From an uncultured Candidatus Saccharibacteria bacterium (GTDB taxonomy: Bacteria; Patescibacteriota; Saccharimonadia; Saccharimonadales; CAZICT01), in NCBI GenBank assembly GCA_964537935.1, contig CAZICT010000002.1, positions 140,922-204,921 on the forward strand: a DNA stretch of 64,000 nt, given 5' to 3'. Numbering within the stretch: the first letter of the stretch is position 1; every line of letters starts with the position of its first letter. Below are positions 37,958 through 46,954 of the stretch, piece by piece. A model generated the notes under the pieces. It had not been told where the DNA came from. It did not search any database and saw only the letters and a list, made by a program, of their open reading frames with translations. A program made the translations under genes and the position numbers.

Positions 37958-38632
37958 ATGTATTTCAGAAACCGGGCCGAGGCTGGCAGAAAGCTGGCCG
38001 TACAGCTTGATAAGTATGCCAACGAACATGTAACTGTGGTTGCGCTAAGTCCTGGCGGGGTGATAGTCGGAGCGCAAATAGCCATGCGTATACACGCAAC
38101 TCTGGGCTTGCTGCTGACCGAGAATATTTACCTGCCCGGTGAGCACAGCGCTATAGCGGCCATGAGCTCAGTGGGTACATTTACATACAACAACATGTTT
38201 AGCCCCGGGCAGATTGAAGAACTAGCTGATGAGTACCATCATTTTATTGAGCAACAGCGTATAGAGAAGCTGCGTAAAATTAATAAGCTGGTCGGGCAAG
38301 AAGGAGAGATAAAGAAAGAATTATTACGCCGTCATGTCGTTATTCTGGTGTCCGATGGGTTATCAAGCGGTTTTTCGCTGGAGATTGCCAAGCAATTTCT
38401 AAAGACAGTTGCCATTAAAAAGATTATTATCGCAACGCCGGTTGCGAGCGTGCCGGCTGTCGATATCATGCACCTGCTTGGCGACGAAATACATTGCTTA
38501 AGCGTACGGGAAAACTATATGTTCACCGACCACTATTATGACGACAATACGATTCCTCCTGTAGATGATTTGTTTAAGGTCGTAAAAAACATAGCCCTTA
38601 ACTGGGAACTTAAAGCTCAAAACAACAAATAA
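37958..38632 (+). CDS. predicted phosphoribosyltransferase (COG1926-like)
   Basis: MYFRNRAEAGRKLA N-terminus typical of the family, and the PRPP-loop-like VVILVSDGLSSGFS. The track start (TTG at 37949) is 9 nt upstream. Confidence 0.65.
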   Translation: MYFRNRAEAGRKLAVQLDKYANEHVTVVALSPGGVIVGAQIAMRIHATLGLLLTENIYLPGEHSAIAAMSSVGTFTYNNMFSPGQIEELADEYHHFIEQQRIEKLRKINKLVGQEGEIKKELLRRHVVILVSDGLSSGFSLEIAKQFLKTVAIKKIIIATPVASVPAVDIMHLLGDEIHCLSVRENYMFTDHYYDDNTIPPVDDLFKVVKNIALNWELKAQNNK

Positions 38633-38734
38633 ATTTATAACTAAAAAGCTTGTGGCTTATGGTATTCGTATGCTACTTTTAAAGTAATCAACAAAAAATA
38701 GACAACGTTAAAAAAGAAAAAGGAAAACAAACAG

Positions 38735-39682
38735 GTGACGTTTTCATATTCCTCGGGAGCTCAGGGCTTTCCGGTCCGCTATAACGTACATGATGCGGGC
38801 GATAGAATTTGGCGATTGCTAGGAGTAATTACAATCATGGTGACGGTTGTGGCTACGATTCTGCTTAGCGTAGCCAAGCAAATTAATAACCGTATCGCCT
38901 TTCAACCGCAGGCACCGATTCATGTTCCGGCGGTTGCAGCAGCTTCTACTGACGAAAACCAGCAATCAACCCGATACGAAGAGGTAGTTACTGCTCCAGC
39001 AATAGATGAAGAGTTGCTGCAAACTGAAATAGATAATTGGGTAGCTCAGCAGCCAAAGGCTCAGCAATGGGCAATCAGCTTGCATTCTCTGGATAATAAT
39101 CAGGTGGATGTAGGTGTTGCGGAAACACAACAATTCGAACTTGCTAGTATTTACAAGCTTTTCTTATTAAAGCCGCTTGTCCAAAAGATGACTGTTCTTG
39201 AGTGGGAAAAGGCTAATCTTACAGATAAAACTTATGCAGAGTGCGTTCACGTTATGCTGGCACGCTCGGATAATCCATGTGCGGAAGCAATAGTTGAAAA
39301 GCTGGGCTGGAACACTATTCACGCATCAGCTCAGGCTGATGGGTTCAATGACACATTATTTAACCGTAATGACTACATTGTCGGTACGGTAGCTGATACT
39401 AGCCGTCTACTTCAAAAGATTTACACTGGTGAAGGGTTTACCAGTGCTGCAAGGGCCTTGGTGCTTAACGGTATGGAGGTGCCAAAATACGCCGAAGGTG
39501 TGCGCCGCGGTTGCGTGGATTGCCAGGACGTTTATAACAAAACAGGCCAGATAAATAATGTCGTTCATGATGCAAGCGTGATTCGAAAAAATAACAGGAA
39601 CTACACTTTGGTAATCTTTTCGGAAAACGGCACATGGCAGCAGATTACTGAAATTACACAGATTCTTACTTCCAAACTCTAA
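38735..39682 (+). CDS. class A beta-lactamase-related serine hydrolase, membrane anchored
   Basis: SxxK (ASIYKLF), SDN (ARSDNPCAE) and KTG (NKTGQ) motifs in the correct order. N-terminal TM helix present. Confidence 0.7.
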   Translation: MTFSYSSGAQGFPVRYNVHDAGDRIWRLLGVITIMVTVVATILLSVAKQINNRIAFQPQAPIHVPAVAAASTDENQQSTRYEEVVTAPAIDEELLQTEIDNWVAQQPKAQQWAISLHSLDNNQVDVGVAETQQFELASIYKLFLLKPLVQKMTVLEWEKANLTDKTYAECVHVMLARSDNPCAEAIVEKLGWNTIHASAQADGFNDTLFNRNDYIVGTVADTSRLLQKIYTGEGFTSAARALVLNGMEVPKYAEGVRRGCVDCQDVYNKTGQINNVVHDASVIRKNNRNYTLVIFSENGTWQQITEITQILTSKL

Positions 39683-39685
39683 GTT

Positions 39686-40771
39686 CTATACGTTAAAGCG
39701 AAACTCCACCACATCATTTGGTTGCATGACATAGTCTTTACCCTCGGTACGGACCTTGCCGGCCGCTTTGGCGGCGGCTTCTGAACCGGCGGCGACCAGA
39801 TCGTCATAGTCGATAACCTGGGCGGCAATGAAGCCTTTTTCAAAGTCGCCATGAATGACCCCAGCAGCCTGCGGTGCGGTGGCACCTTTAGGAATGGTCC
39901 AGGCCCGAACCTCTTTTTCGCCGGCTGTCAGGTAGCTTTGCAGACCTAAAACGTCGTAGGCGGCACGGATAACCTGATTTAGTCCCGGCTCGCTCTGACC
40001 GTAACTTTCCAGCATTTCCTGCCGATCGACCGGGTCGAGTCCGCGCAGTTCATCCTCCAGCTTGGCACTGACAAATACCGCCTGTGCCGGTGCTACCAAT
40101 TGTGAAAGCTGGCGTTTTTTTGCTTCGTCATTAAGTTCAGTGTCATCCATATTAAACAGGTAAATTATCGGTTTGGCGGTCAGCAGCTGCAGGTCGGATA
40201 ACTCTTCCCGGTAGGCTTCCAGCAGTTCGGGCCGCTGCCAGAGCGGCTGGCCATCCTCAAATAATTTGTTAATTTTTTGCAGTGTGTCGGCTAGCGGTTT
40301 GAGTTTAGGATTGGCGCGGGTTTCTTTGTCCAGGCGAGGCAGGCGCTTCTGTACGGTTTGCAGGTCGGCCAGCACCAGCTCGGTGTTGATAACTTCAATG
40401 TCATGCAGCGGATCTTTGCTGGATTCACTGCGCAGTACATTCGGGTCATCAAATGATCGAACCACCTGGCAAATGGCGTTGCAGCTGCGGATATGGGCCA
40501 GGAACTGATTGCCAAGGCCTTCGCCCTTACTGGCGCCTTCGACCAAACCGGCAATATCGACGAACGTAACGGTTGCCGGAATGACCTTTTGCGTGCTGTA
40601 AAGTTCGGCCAGTTTTTCCAGCCGCGGATCGGGCACTGGCACGATACCGGTATTGGGCTCAATCGTGGCAAAAGGATAATTAGCCGCCAGGATGTTGTTG
40701 TCGGTCAGGGCGTTAAATAAGGTGGATTTGCCGACATTCGGCAACCCCACGATTCCTATAGATAAACTCAT
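39686..40771 (-). CDS. ychF: ribosome-binding ATPase YchF
   Basis: GIVGLPNVGKSTLFNALT, FVDIAGLV, and a TGS-type C-terminus (RAWTIPKGATAPQAAGVIHGDFEKGFI). Confidence 0.93.
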   Translation of the reverse strand: MSLSIGIVGLPNVGKSTLFNALTDNNILAANYPFATIEPNTGIVPVPDPRLEKLAELYSTQKVIPATVTFVDIAGLVEGASKGEGLGNQFLAHIRSCNAICQVVRSFDDPNVLRSESSKDPLHDIEVINTELVLADLQTVQKRLPRLDKETRANPKLKPLADTLQKINKLFEDGQPLWQRPELLEAYREELSDLQLLTAKPIIYLFNMDDTELNDEAKKRQLSQLVAPAQAVFVSAKLEDELRGLDPVDRQEMLESYGQSEPGLNQVIRAAYDVLGLQSYLTAGEKEVRAWTIPKGATAPQAAGVIHGDFEKGFIAAQVIDYDDLVAAGSEAAAKAAGKVRTEGKDYVMQPNDVVEFRFNV

Positions 40772-40801
40772 ATAAAGTAAGTATAACAGAGGTGATGTAG
40801 A

Positions 40802-40830
40802 TTGACAAAAATTAATAAATTTGCTATAAT
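40802..40830 (+). promoter_or_regulatory. consensus sigma-70 promoter TTGACA-17 bp-TGcTATAAT
   Basis: -35 TTGACA at 40802-40807, 17-bp spacer with TGc, -10 TATAAT at 40825-40830. About 60 nt upstream of an AAAGGGAG SD and TTG start. Confidence 0.75.
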
Positions 40831-40891
40831 ATATATACGCTCTAGATCAGAGATTGACTCTGGACTATTCAACCGAAAGGGAGTGTGTATC

Positions 40892-41590
40892 TTGAAGAAC
40901 TACAGAAGCCAGATTACCGCTCATCAAAAGCTGAGCTTCCTGAAGTTGCTCATGGCATTTGGGTTGATCATCTTCCTCGTGATGGGGATGAGCACTCAGG
41001 CGCACGCCGCGGATTTTCCGGGACCTAACAAGGGTTCCTGCGAGACCGACGATATGGGTGTCGAGACCTGCTACCCTGGTGTCGGCCATTACACCGAGAC
41101 GTGCTATATGTACGACGGTGCCCAGCAAGGGAGTGTGGAGATCTGTGAGCTTACTGCTCCGGATGGCACGCTTGTGAAGATCTACACGTGGGACCAGAAC
41201 GAGTTCTATCCGCTGCGATCCTTCACGACCGGTATTCTCAACCTGTACGGTGCAGACAACGACTGCGTTTGGCAGGTTCCTGGCGTGCAGTCCGTGCTTT
41301 CGTCTATTGAGACGGCACCGCTCGACAATGCTGGTGGTAATACCACGATTGCGCGTCTGAGTGAGATTCCCGCAGGAGATGATATCGCCGTTATGGGTGG
41401 TCGGAGCGTCGTCTCGGATGATGAAATGCGAACAATGTTCTACGCTACCTTCTGGGGCAACAATGGCGGTCCGCGGCTCATGGAGCGTTTTTATGGTGCC
41501 AATCGGGCTGAGACTTGCCTCGCAGCTTACGATTATCGTACGGCCTACTTCGATGCCGTCGAAGCCAGTGGCGCATCACCGCAGCTTTAG
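40892..41590 (+). CDS. secreted Cys-containing protein of unknown function
   Basis: TTG at 40892 sits 8 nt after AAAGGGAG. The track's ATG at 40802 coincides with the -35 box, so I discount it. Signal peptide FLKLLMAFGLIIFLVMGMSTQAHA|AD. 7 Cys in the mature part. Confidence 0.6.
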   Translation: MKNYRSQITAHQKLSFLKLLMAFGLIIFLVMGMSTQAHAADFPGPNKGSCETDDMGVETCYPGVGHYTETCYMYDGAQQGSVEICELTAPDGTLVKIYTWDQNEFYPLRSFTTGILNLYGADNDCVWQVPGVQSVLSSIETAPLDNAGGNTTIARLSEIPAGDDIAVMGGRSVVSDDEMRTMFYATFWGNNGGPRLMERFYGANRAETCLAAYDYRTAYFDAVEASGASPQL

Positions 41591-41627
41591 CTAAGTAGTT
41601 CTAGGAAACCGTCGGATATTCTGACGT

Positions 41628-41680
41628 CGCCGCCTGGTTGATCCTTCGGGATTCAACATTAACAGGCGGCGTTTTACATT
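41628..41680 (+). terminator. rho-independent terminator
   Basis: CGCCGCCTG (41628-41636) pairs with CAGGCGGCG (41663-41671). An inner imperfect stem is GTTGATCC/GGATTCAAC. Followed by TTTTACATTTTT. Confidence 0.75.
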
Positions 41681-41743
41681 TTTAAATTTTGACTGTTGGA
41701 AGCTACAAAGCTTATGGTAAGATACGGTTAACTTAAGAATTGA

Positions 41744-42304
41744 GTGGACATGAAAAAATCATCCAAGTCATCCAAAAAAGCTCCTAACCTACTTCGTAAA
41801 AACCTATCCCTAAAAGCAAAGATCATTGCGCTTTTGGTGGCGATAGCGTTAATAATAGCTGCTGCTATTTGGGGGTTTTGGTATGCAAACCGAAACAGCA
41901 CCAATACCGTGAATGACAATAGTGGTAGCCAACATGAAGGTGAAGACCTTGGGGATGCTAATACTGAACCACCTGCTGACGCTGGGCCTTCTACTACTGA
42001 GAAACAGCTCGAAAAGCTTAAAGAAGAGATTTCTAAAGCAGGTGAACTTGGTCAAGAAGAACAGGTACAGCTATATATAAACGCAGCTATACTCAGCGCA
42101 GAACTAGGTGACGAACAGGCGAGTGAGTACGCTGCAAAAGCACTTGAGATAGTGAATACGGGATTTGAGTTAGCTGACCCAGAGACAATCCGTTCCCTTG
42201 AGCTTATATCTAGTGGCAATTTTGAAGGCGGCTTACAGGCTCTTCCAGCACAACCGCCAGAACCAGAAGTTCCTGATGGAGAAGAAACTTTTGTTGAAGA
42301 ATAG
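41744..42304 (+). CDS. hypothetical N-terminally anchored protein with acidic helical ectodomain
   Basis: 186 aa. TM helix IIALLVAIALIIAAAIWGFWY. Alternative ATG at 41750. No family recognised. Confidence 0.5.
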   Translation: MDMKKSSKSSKKAPNLLRKNLSLKAKIIALLVAIALIIAAAIWGFWYANRNSTNTVNDNSGSQHEGEDLGDANTEPPADAGPSTTEKQLEKLKEEISKAGELGQEEQVQLYINAAILSAELGDEQASEYAAKALEIVNTGFELADPETIRSLELISSGNFEGGLQALPAQPPEPEVPDGEETFVEE

Positions 42305-42359
42305 GGTTTGCTATACTCAGGCTAACTAAGCATAAACAATAAGAGGGGATACCGAATTT

Positions 42360-45300
42360 ATGTCGGGCCAAGAGGAAAAACAGCAAAATATAAAAGAGAA
42401 ATTGGATCAAGATTCCAATAGCGTCAGTCCATTTGCAATTAATAGTATTGGTAAAGTAAAGGACAGCACTCCTAGAGCTAAAAGGCTATTTTTCTTAACT
42501 CTCATTATTGCTGTTGTGATAGCCGTAGGTTTCGGAGTGCTTAGATATTTTGACAGCTCACCAGACGATCAGAAAGTTATTACGATTGGTGATACTGTTA
42601 TTACCGAAGAGGATATTACTGTATATGCCGCTTCAATGCAGGGATACATTGATCAGACAGAAAGCAGTTTTGAGAGTGTGACACTTACTGGCAGTGAGCC
42701 GATAGAAGAGCTTAAAGGTGTAGCCGATACCCGACAGCTTGCTGAAGAGGATCTCGTTATGAATGCCGCCTTAAGATATGAAGCTAAGACTCGAGATATA
42801 GCTGTTTATGACTATGAGGTTGATGAACAGCTTGAGGCATCTTACCAATTTCATGGCTCAAAAGAGGCTTACCAGTCTGCAATGCAGCAGTTTGGTATTG
42901 CTGAAGTTATGAAAATTAGAATTGAAAATGATATTCTCAAGAAAAAGCTAGCTGATTTCCTCATAGCTAAAAAGGATTTGTTTGTAGTAAAAATTTCCTA
43001 TGATACGCCACTCCACTTTAATAGTGAAGATGCTGGATACAGCTTACATGATGATGCGATCAAGATTCTTAATGATAAGTTTAAGCCCCTCTTTGAGCAG
43101 CAGAAGCCCCGTGAAGAGATTGCTGCTGAAGTTGACGTAGATTTTGATGATGATGACCATGAAGACGATAGTAACCCACAGCCTTATTTTGAACAGCTAG
43201 TAACAACTGCAGAGTATGTGCCAGGTTACAGCCATGCGAATCCAACTTTTAGCGATAAAGATGTTGAAGCATATGCTGCGATTGAAGGATTAACAAATAC
43301 TGACGAAAAGATTAAAGAGCTAACTGATGCTGGGCAATTCACAGAAGTGTTTCCTTCAAAGGCGGGCTTCCATGCAATTATTCGCTTAGAGAGCAAGACA
43401 GAGGGTAGTTATAATTCATGGAATGACTTTCTGGATGAATATGTAGATAAATATGCACGTAGCTCAGGTTTAATTAAGAAAATCACAAGTGTTACTACAA
43501 ACATAGTTAAAGCTGCACTAAAAGACACAAACGATATATTAAGAGCTTTGGACAAGCAAGTCACTCCACGCGCTTCAGCGCAGAGTGGTAACTGTGGTAA
43601 CCACTATGCAAACTTCCATGTGTCAGCATGGGATGTGACAACCGGTCAGCTTCAGCGTATGGCCGTTGCGGTTACGGTTGATTATGTGCGTCCGGTGGCA
43701 GGATGCCAACCAAACGGACACGGAACCTATACTATTCCTGGTGGTAGCGCGATAGCAATCTTAGATAATTGTTGGAACCCAAGACCAAATGATTTCAACG
43801 TAGTGGTTCCGGAAGGCTATAAGATCGCAAACGTTCCCGGTTCACGTATCGGCGTTAAAACTAATGGCAATCCCGGAAAACCATCAGATGTTGATATTTG
43901 GAACTCACAACAGATTAATAGTGTACAACAGGTACCGGTTGACATATTTTTCGTGCAAGACAAAAAACCTTTCCAGGTTCAGGGGCAAAGAGTATTCCAC
44001 GATGATAGCGGAAGGCCATCCGGTGCGTTCAGTAATGGACAAGGCGAGACTAGGGCTGATAAAGCTCCAGATGATGAAGCCAGCGACTCAACTTATGGTA
44101 ATCCCGGTGCGACACCATTCAAATTTGCTAACTACACAAGCCCAGTCAGGATATCGTCCAGCAACACTATAAATCGTGGCGGCGAAACCTATATACTTAG
44201 GGGATATACCAAATGCGATAACTCAACTAGTTGTAATGACGTGTCCCTCAGTCAAGTAACACCAGGCTCTCAGGTGTTAGTTGATCTGAGCGCTGTTGGG
44301 GGATATTCAAACATCTGGTGGCATTACGAAAAGCAAAACCCGGGCGAGAGTCTTGTTCGAGTTCGTGTTCGCGTGCAAGGAGGCGGAGGCGCACCGACAG
44401 TCCGTATGGAAACATTTACTCATTCAATGGGAACATGTGGCTGGGAGTTTTCTGTTAGTGGGTCGAGGGATTGTACCGGGACTTCGTTCGGTACACCTGA
44501 TGGCTTGAGGGTAACAGACGAGAATATTAACTCACAAGACTACAGGACTTTACAATGGAATGTAGTAAGCAGGCGCTTAAACGGATATAGTAATACGGCT
44601 AACTCCTCACAGCTATCCTGTAATAACGCTGGCTGTAATTTGAAATTTGGTGGCGGCTACGGGGTAGAAATAGAAGTGTTACTTGAACCAATACCGGATC
44701 CACCTTCTGCTTACGGATGTCCGCGCTTTCCTAATCCTTTGGTCTCTGTATCGCTTAGTCGAAACTACACTCAATCAGCCCCTTCTGGATATAGCAGCAG
44801 TTACGGTAGCTCAAGCACCATAAGATATACAACAGAAACTCGCTACACAAGTCGTGAAGATATTAGTTCGGGCGGGAGCAGAATTTTGCCAGCAGTGCAG
44901 TCTACTTCGACTGGAAACCCTGGAAGAGTAGTACTGGATTATCGACCCTACATCGATGCGTATCCTTATGATGAAAACCAAGCAAGAGTCAATTACCTTG
45001 AAACTTACAATACGGAACAGTGGCGAGCTGACGGTTCTAGAAGAAGTGTCTATAGGAACGTTTATGGTTGGCGTAGATACTATGTAAACCCGCCCGGTCC
45101 AAACAACGCCTATTATGAGTGGAGATGGGTGGTAGTAGATACTGAATTCAGTCATTACGAGTGGAGGTGGCGTCTTGCCAGTCGATCTACCAGCACAAGA
45201 AATAGCTCAGTCAATGCAAACCGTATGCCTGCTTGCTGGGATAGGCAATACGATGCAAGAGCAAATATCGTTGGTCGTCCTACGCTTTCTCCTGACAGAG

Positions 45301-46673
45301 AGAGCCCTAATCGCTCAGTATTAACTGGCAGCATTAACGTTAATTTCAGGGTGCCATATCCTAGTAAGGGAAGATCTACGGTGAGACAAAATTCACGGGT
45401 AAACAATATTAACTACACCATAGCCTATAGGATCCGACGTGCCAGCGGAGCCTATACAGGGTATTCGATTTTTAACTCGTCAACAAATGTAACGGCTAGC
45501 AGCAATAGCAAAAACAACGCAAGTGGATCAAGCACACTCCCGTCGCGCACATTTAATGTGAGCGTTCCTGGAGTGCTAAATGTGGGAGATAGTGTATGTT
45601 GGTTTGTTTCTACGGGTAGTGGCAGCAGGACAAGGGGTGATATGAACCTAGCTGGCTCAATCATTAGGACTGATGGAGAGCATCGGGCGAATGAACAATG
45701 TTCACCTACTGTTGTTAACTGGCCGTACTTTAAAGTGTTTGGTAACGATGTAGTATCTGGCGGAAGGTTTGGCTCTTGTTCGGTGTCAAATGGTAACGGT
45801 ATACGAGCTTTTACTCGTAACAATAACGCCGGGTCATCTGCTCAGTATGCTGCCTTTGCGCTTGGAACAATCAACGGATTTACCACGGCTTCGCTGCGAA
45901 CTGGCACACCTAGCGCACCGACCGGCCTTACATTTGCAAACTCCGGAGTGGGGGCATTCGGTGGTCGATATTCGGGCAACGACGGGCTTACTTGTCTACA
46001 AGATTTCTTCGACTCGAAACCTTCAAATACGATACCAATATCGGTAAATAATGTAGATGCACTGCTTTCCACGCCAAATGATAACCGGAGGAATCTGGAG
46101 TACTACGAAATTAACGGTAATCTGACGCTAAATCGAGGCATCCCAGTAAGTAACGGTGTAAAGAAAGTATTCTATATCGACGGTACGCTTACGATTAACC
46201 AAAACCTTACGTTTAACACGACTTGGACAGAGAGAGACGATGTACCGTACGTTATGTTTATTGCCCGTAATGTTATCATCAGGCGCAATGTGACGCAGCT
46301 GGACGGTGTTTATGTGGCGCAACCCACGAATAACGGGTCATCAGACGGTGTGATCAGTACTTGTGACGTACAAAGCTTCCATGCATGTTCAAGTCCGCTG
46401 GTAATTAATGGAGCCTTCATTTCAGAGGACATAAGATTGTTGCGTACAAGAGGCAGTCTGCGTGATGCTCGTCAACGTGAAGGTAACCCAAGCGTTCCGA
46501 TGACTTCATGTAGTCATGGCGCTCCATCAAATGTCGGAACCCCGGGTGGTGCTACCTGTGCCGCAGAGATATTTACCTTCAGTCCGGAAGTATTTCTCGG
46601 GATCGCTGATGTACTGACGCCAGAAGAAAATTTTAATCTGGATAGCTTTACCACCTTGCCACCAGTACTTTAG
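42360..46673 (+). CDS. giant (1437 aa) membrane-anchored protein: PrsA/SurA-like foldase module fused to large uncharacterised extracellular region
   Basis: One TM helix (FFLTLIIAVVIAVGFGVLRYF). Residues ~70-350 resemble SurA_N/PrsA (ITIGDTVITEEDI..., parvulin-like remnant SKAGFHAIIRLE). The remaining ~1050 aa are S/N/G/R/Y-rich with paired Cys and a C-terminal beta-helix-like periodicity (FYIDGTLTINQNLTF, VMFIARNVIIRRNVTQLDGVYVA, LVINGAFISEDIRL). Confidence 0.7.
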   Translation: MSGQEEKQQNIKEKLDQDSNSVSPFAINSIGKVKDSTPRAKRLFFLTLIIAVVIAVGFGVLRYFDSSPDDQKVITIGDTVITEEDITVYAASMQGYIDQTESSFESVTLTGSEPIEELKGVADTRQLAEEDLVMNAALRYEAKTRDIAVYDYEVDEQLEASYQFHGSKEAYQSAMQQFGIAEVMKIRIENDILKKKLADFLIAKKDLFVVKISYDTPLHFNSEDAGYSLHDDAIKILNDKFKPLFEQQKPREEIAAEVDVDFDDDDHEDDSNPQPYFEQLVTTAEYVPGYSHANPTFSDKDVEAYAAIEGLTNTDEKIKELTDAGQFTEVFPSKAGFHAIIRLESKTEGSYNSWNDFLDEYVDKYARSSGLIKKITSVTTNIVKAALKDTNDILRALDKQVTPRASAQSGNCGNHYANFHVSAWDVTTGQLQRMAVAVTVDYVRPVAGCQPNGHGTYTIPGGSAIAILDNCWNPRPNDFNVVVPEGYKIANVPGSRIGVKTNGNPGKPSDVDIWNSQQINSVQQVPVDIFFVQDKKPFQVQGQRVFHDDSGRPSGAFSNGQGETRADKAPDDEASDSTYGNPGATPFKFANYTSPVRISSSNTINRGGETYILRGYTKCDNSTSCNDVSLSQVTPGSQVLVDLSAVGGYSNIWWHYEKQNPGESLVRVRVRVQGGGGAPTVRMETFTHSMGTCGWEFSVSGSRDCTGTSFGTPDGLRVTDENINSQDYRTLQWNVVSRRLNGYSNTANSSQLSCNNAGCNLKFGGGYGVEIEVLLEPIPDPPSAYGCPRFPNPLVSVSLSRNYTQSAPSGYSSSYGSSSTIRYTTETRYTSREDISSGGSRILPAVQSTSTGNPGRVVLDYRPYIDAYPYDENQARVNYLETYNTEQWRADGSRRSVYRNVYGWRRYYVNPPGPNNAYYEWRWVVVDTEFSHYEWRWRLASRSTSTRNSSVNANRMPACWDRQYDARANIVGRPTLSPDRESPNRSVLTGSINVNFRVPYPSKGRSTVRQNSRVNNINYTIAYRIRRASGAYTGYSIFNSSTNVTASSNSKNNASGSSTLPSRTFNVSVPGVLNVGDSVCWFVSTGSGSRTRGDMNLAGSIIRTDGEHRANEQCSPTVVNWPYFKVFGNDVVSGGRFGSCSVSNGNGIRAFTRNNNAGSSAQYAAFALGTINGFTTASLRTGTPSAPTGLTFANSGVGAFGGRYSGNDGLTCLQDFFDSKPSNTIPISVNNVDALLSTPNDNRRNLEYYEINGNLTLNRGIPVSNGVKKVFYIDGTLTINQNLTFNTTWTERDDVPYVMFIARNVIIRRNVTQLDGVYVAQPTNNGSSDGVISTCDVQSFHACSSPLVINGAFISEDIRLLRTRGSLRDARQREGNPSVPMTSCSHGAPSNVGTPGGATCAAEIFTFSPEVFLGIADVLTPEENFNLDSFTTLPPVL

Positions 46674-46902
46674 TACCGCGGCAGCTTGAGAGACAGTGAG
46701 CGATATGAAGGATGGCTATAAGATGCGACCAGTTGTACCGTGGAGCGGTAAGCAGTGCCGGTACGTGAGGCAATAATACTTGTGCTGCTGAGAGTATAAG
46801 CTTCAGCTCCGAGCTATACCTTTCTCTATCTGAAGTACTTACCCCTGAAGTTAACTTTACATTTGATAGTTTTGTCGTTCTTCCGCCAAACCTGTAGACA
46901 CT

Positions 46903-46954
46903 TATTCCGCTTATGTATATAATCGTGGCTAAGATGAGCATGATAAGCGGAATA
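46903..46954. promoter_or_regulatory. 12-bp perfect inverted repeat bracketing the pilM promoter/start region
   Basis: TATTCCGCTTAT (46903-46914) and ATAAGCGGAATA (46943-46954). The 28-bp interval contains TATAAT (46918-46923) and the candidate ATGs at 46934 and 46940. Confidence 0.5.

Noticed and set aside
39686-41590. This stretch looks GC-richer (about 55-60% by eye) than the neighbouring pilus and surface genes, which suggested a horizontally acquired island (for example from a high-GC host).
   Set aside because: The elevated GC also covers the universal ychF gene. Hand counts in pnp (around 25800) give similar values, so GC is simply heterogeneous, with conserved genes richer. I cannot compute GC3 or codon statistics reliably by eye.
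46674-46912. The 239-nt gap before pilM could hold a riboswitch (c-di-GMP classes are known upstream of pilus genes in Firmicutes) or an sRNA.
   Set aside because: I could not find the conserved GEMM-type sequence blocks or a convincing multi-stem structure. Only short 6-bp inverted repeats (GTACCG/CGGTAC, CTTCAG/CTGAAG) are present. A covariance-model scan is needed to exclude it.
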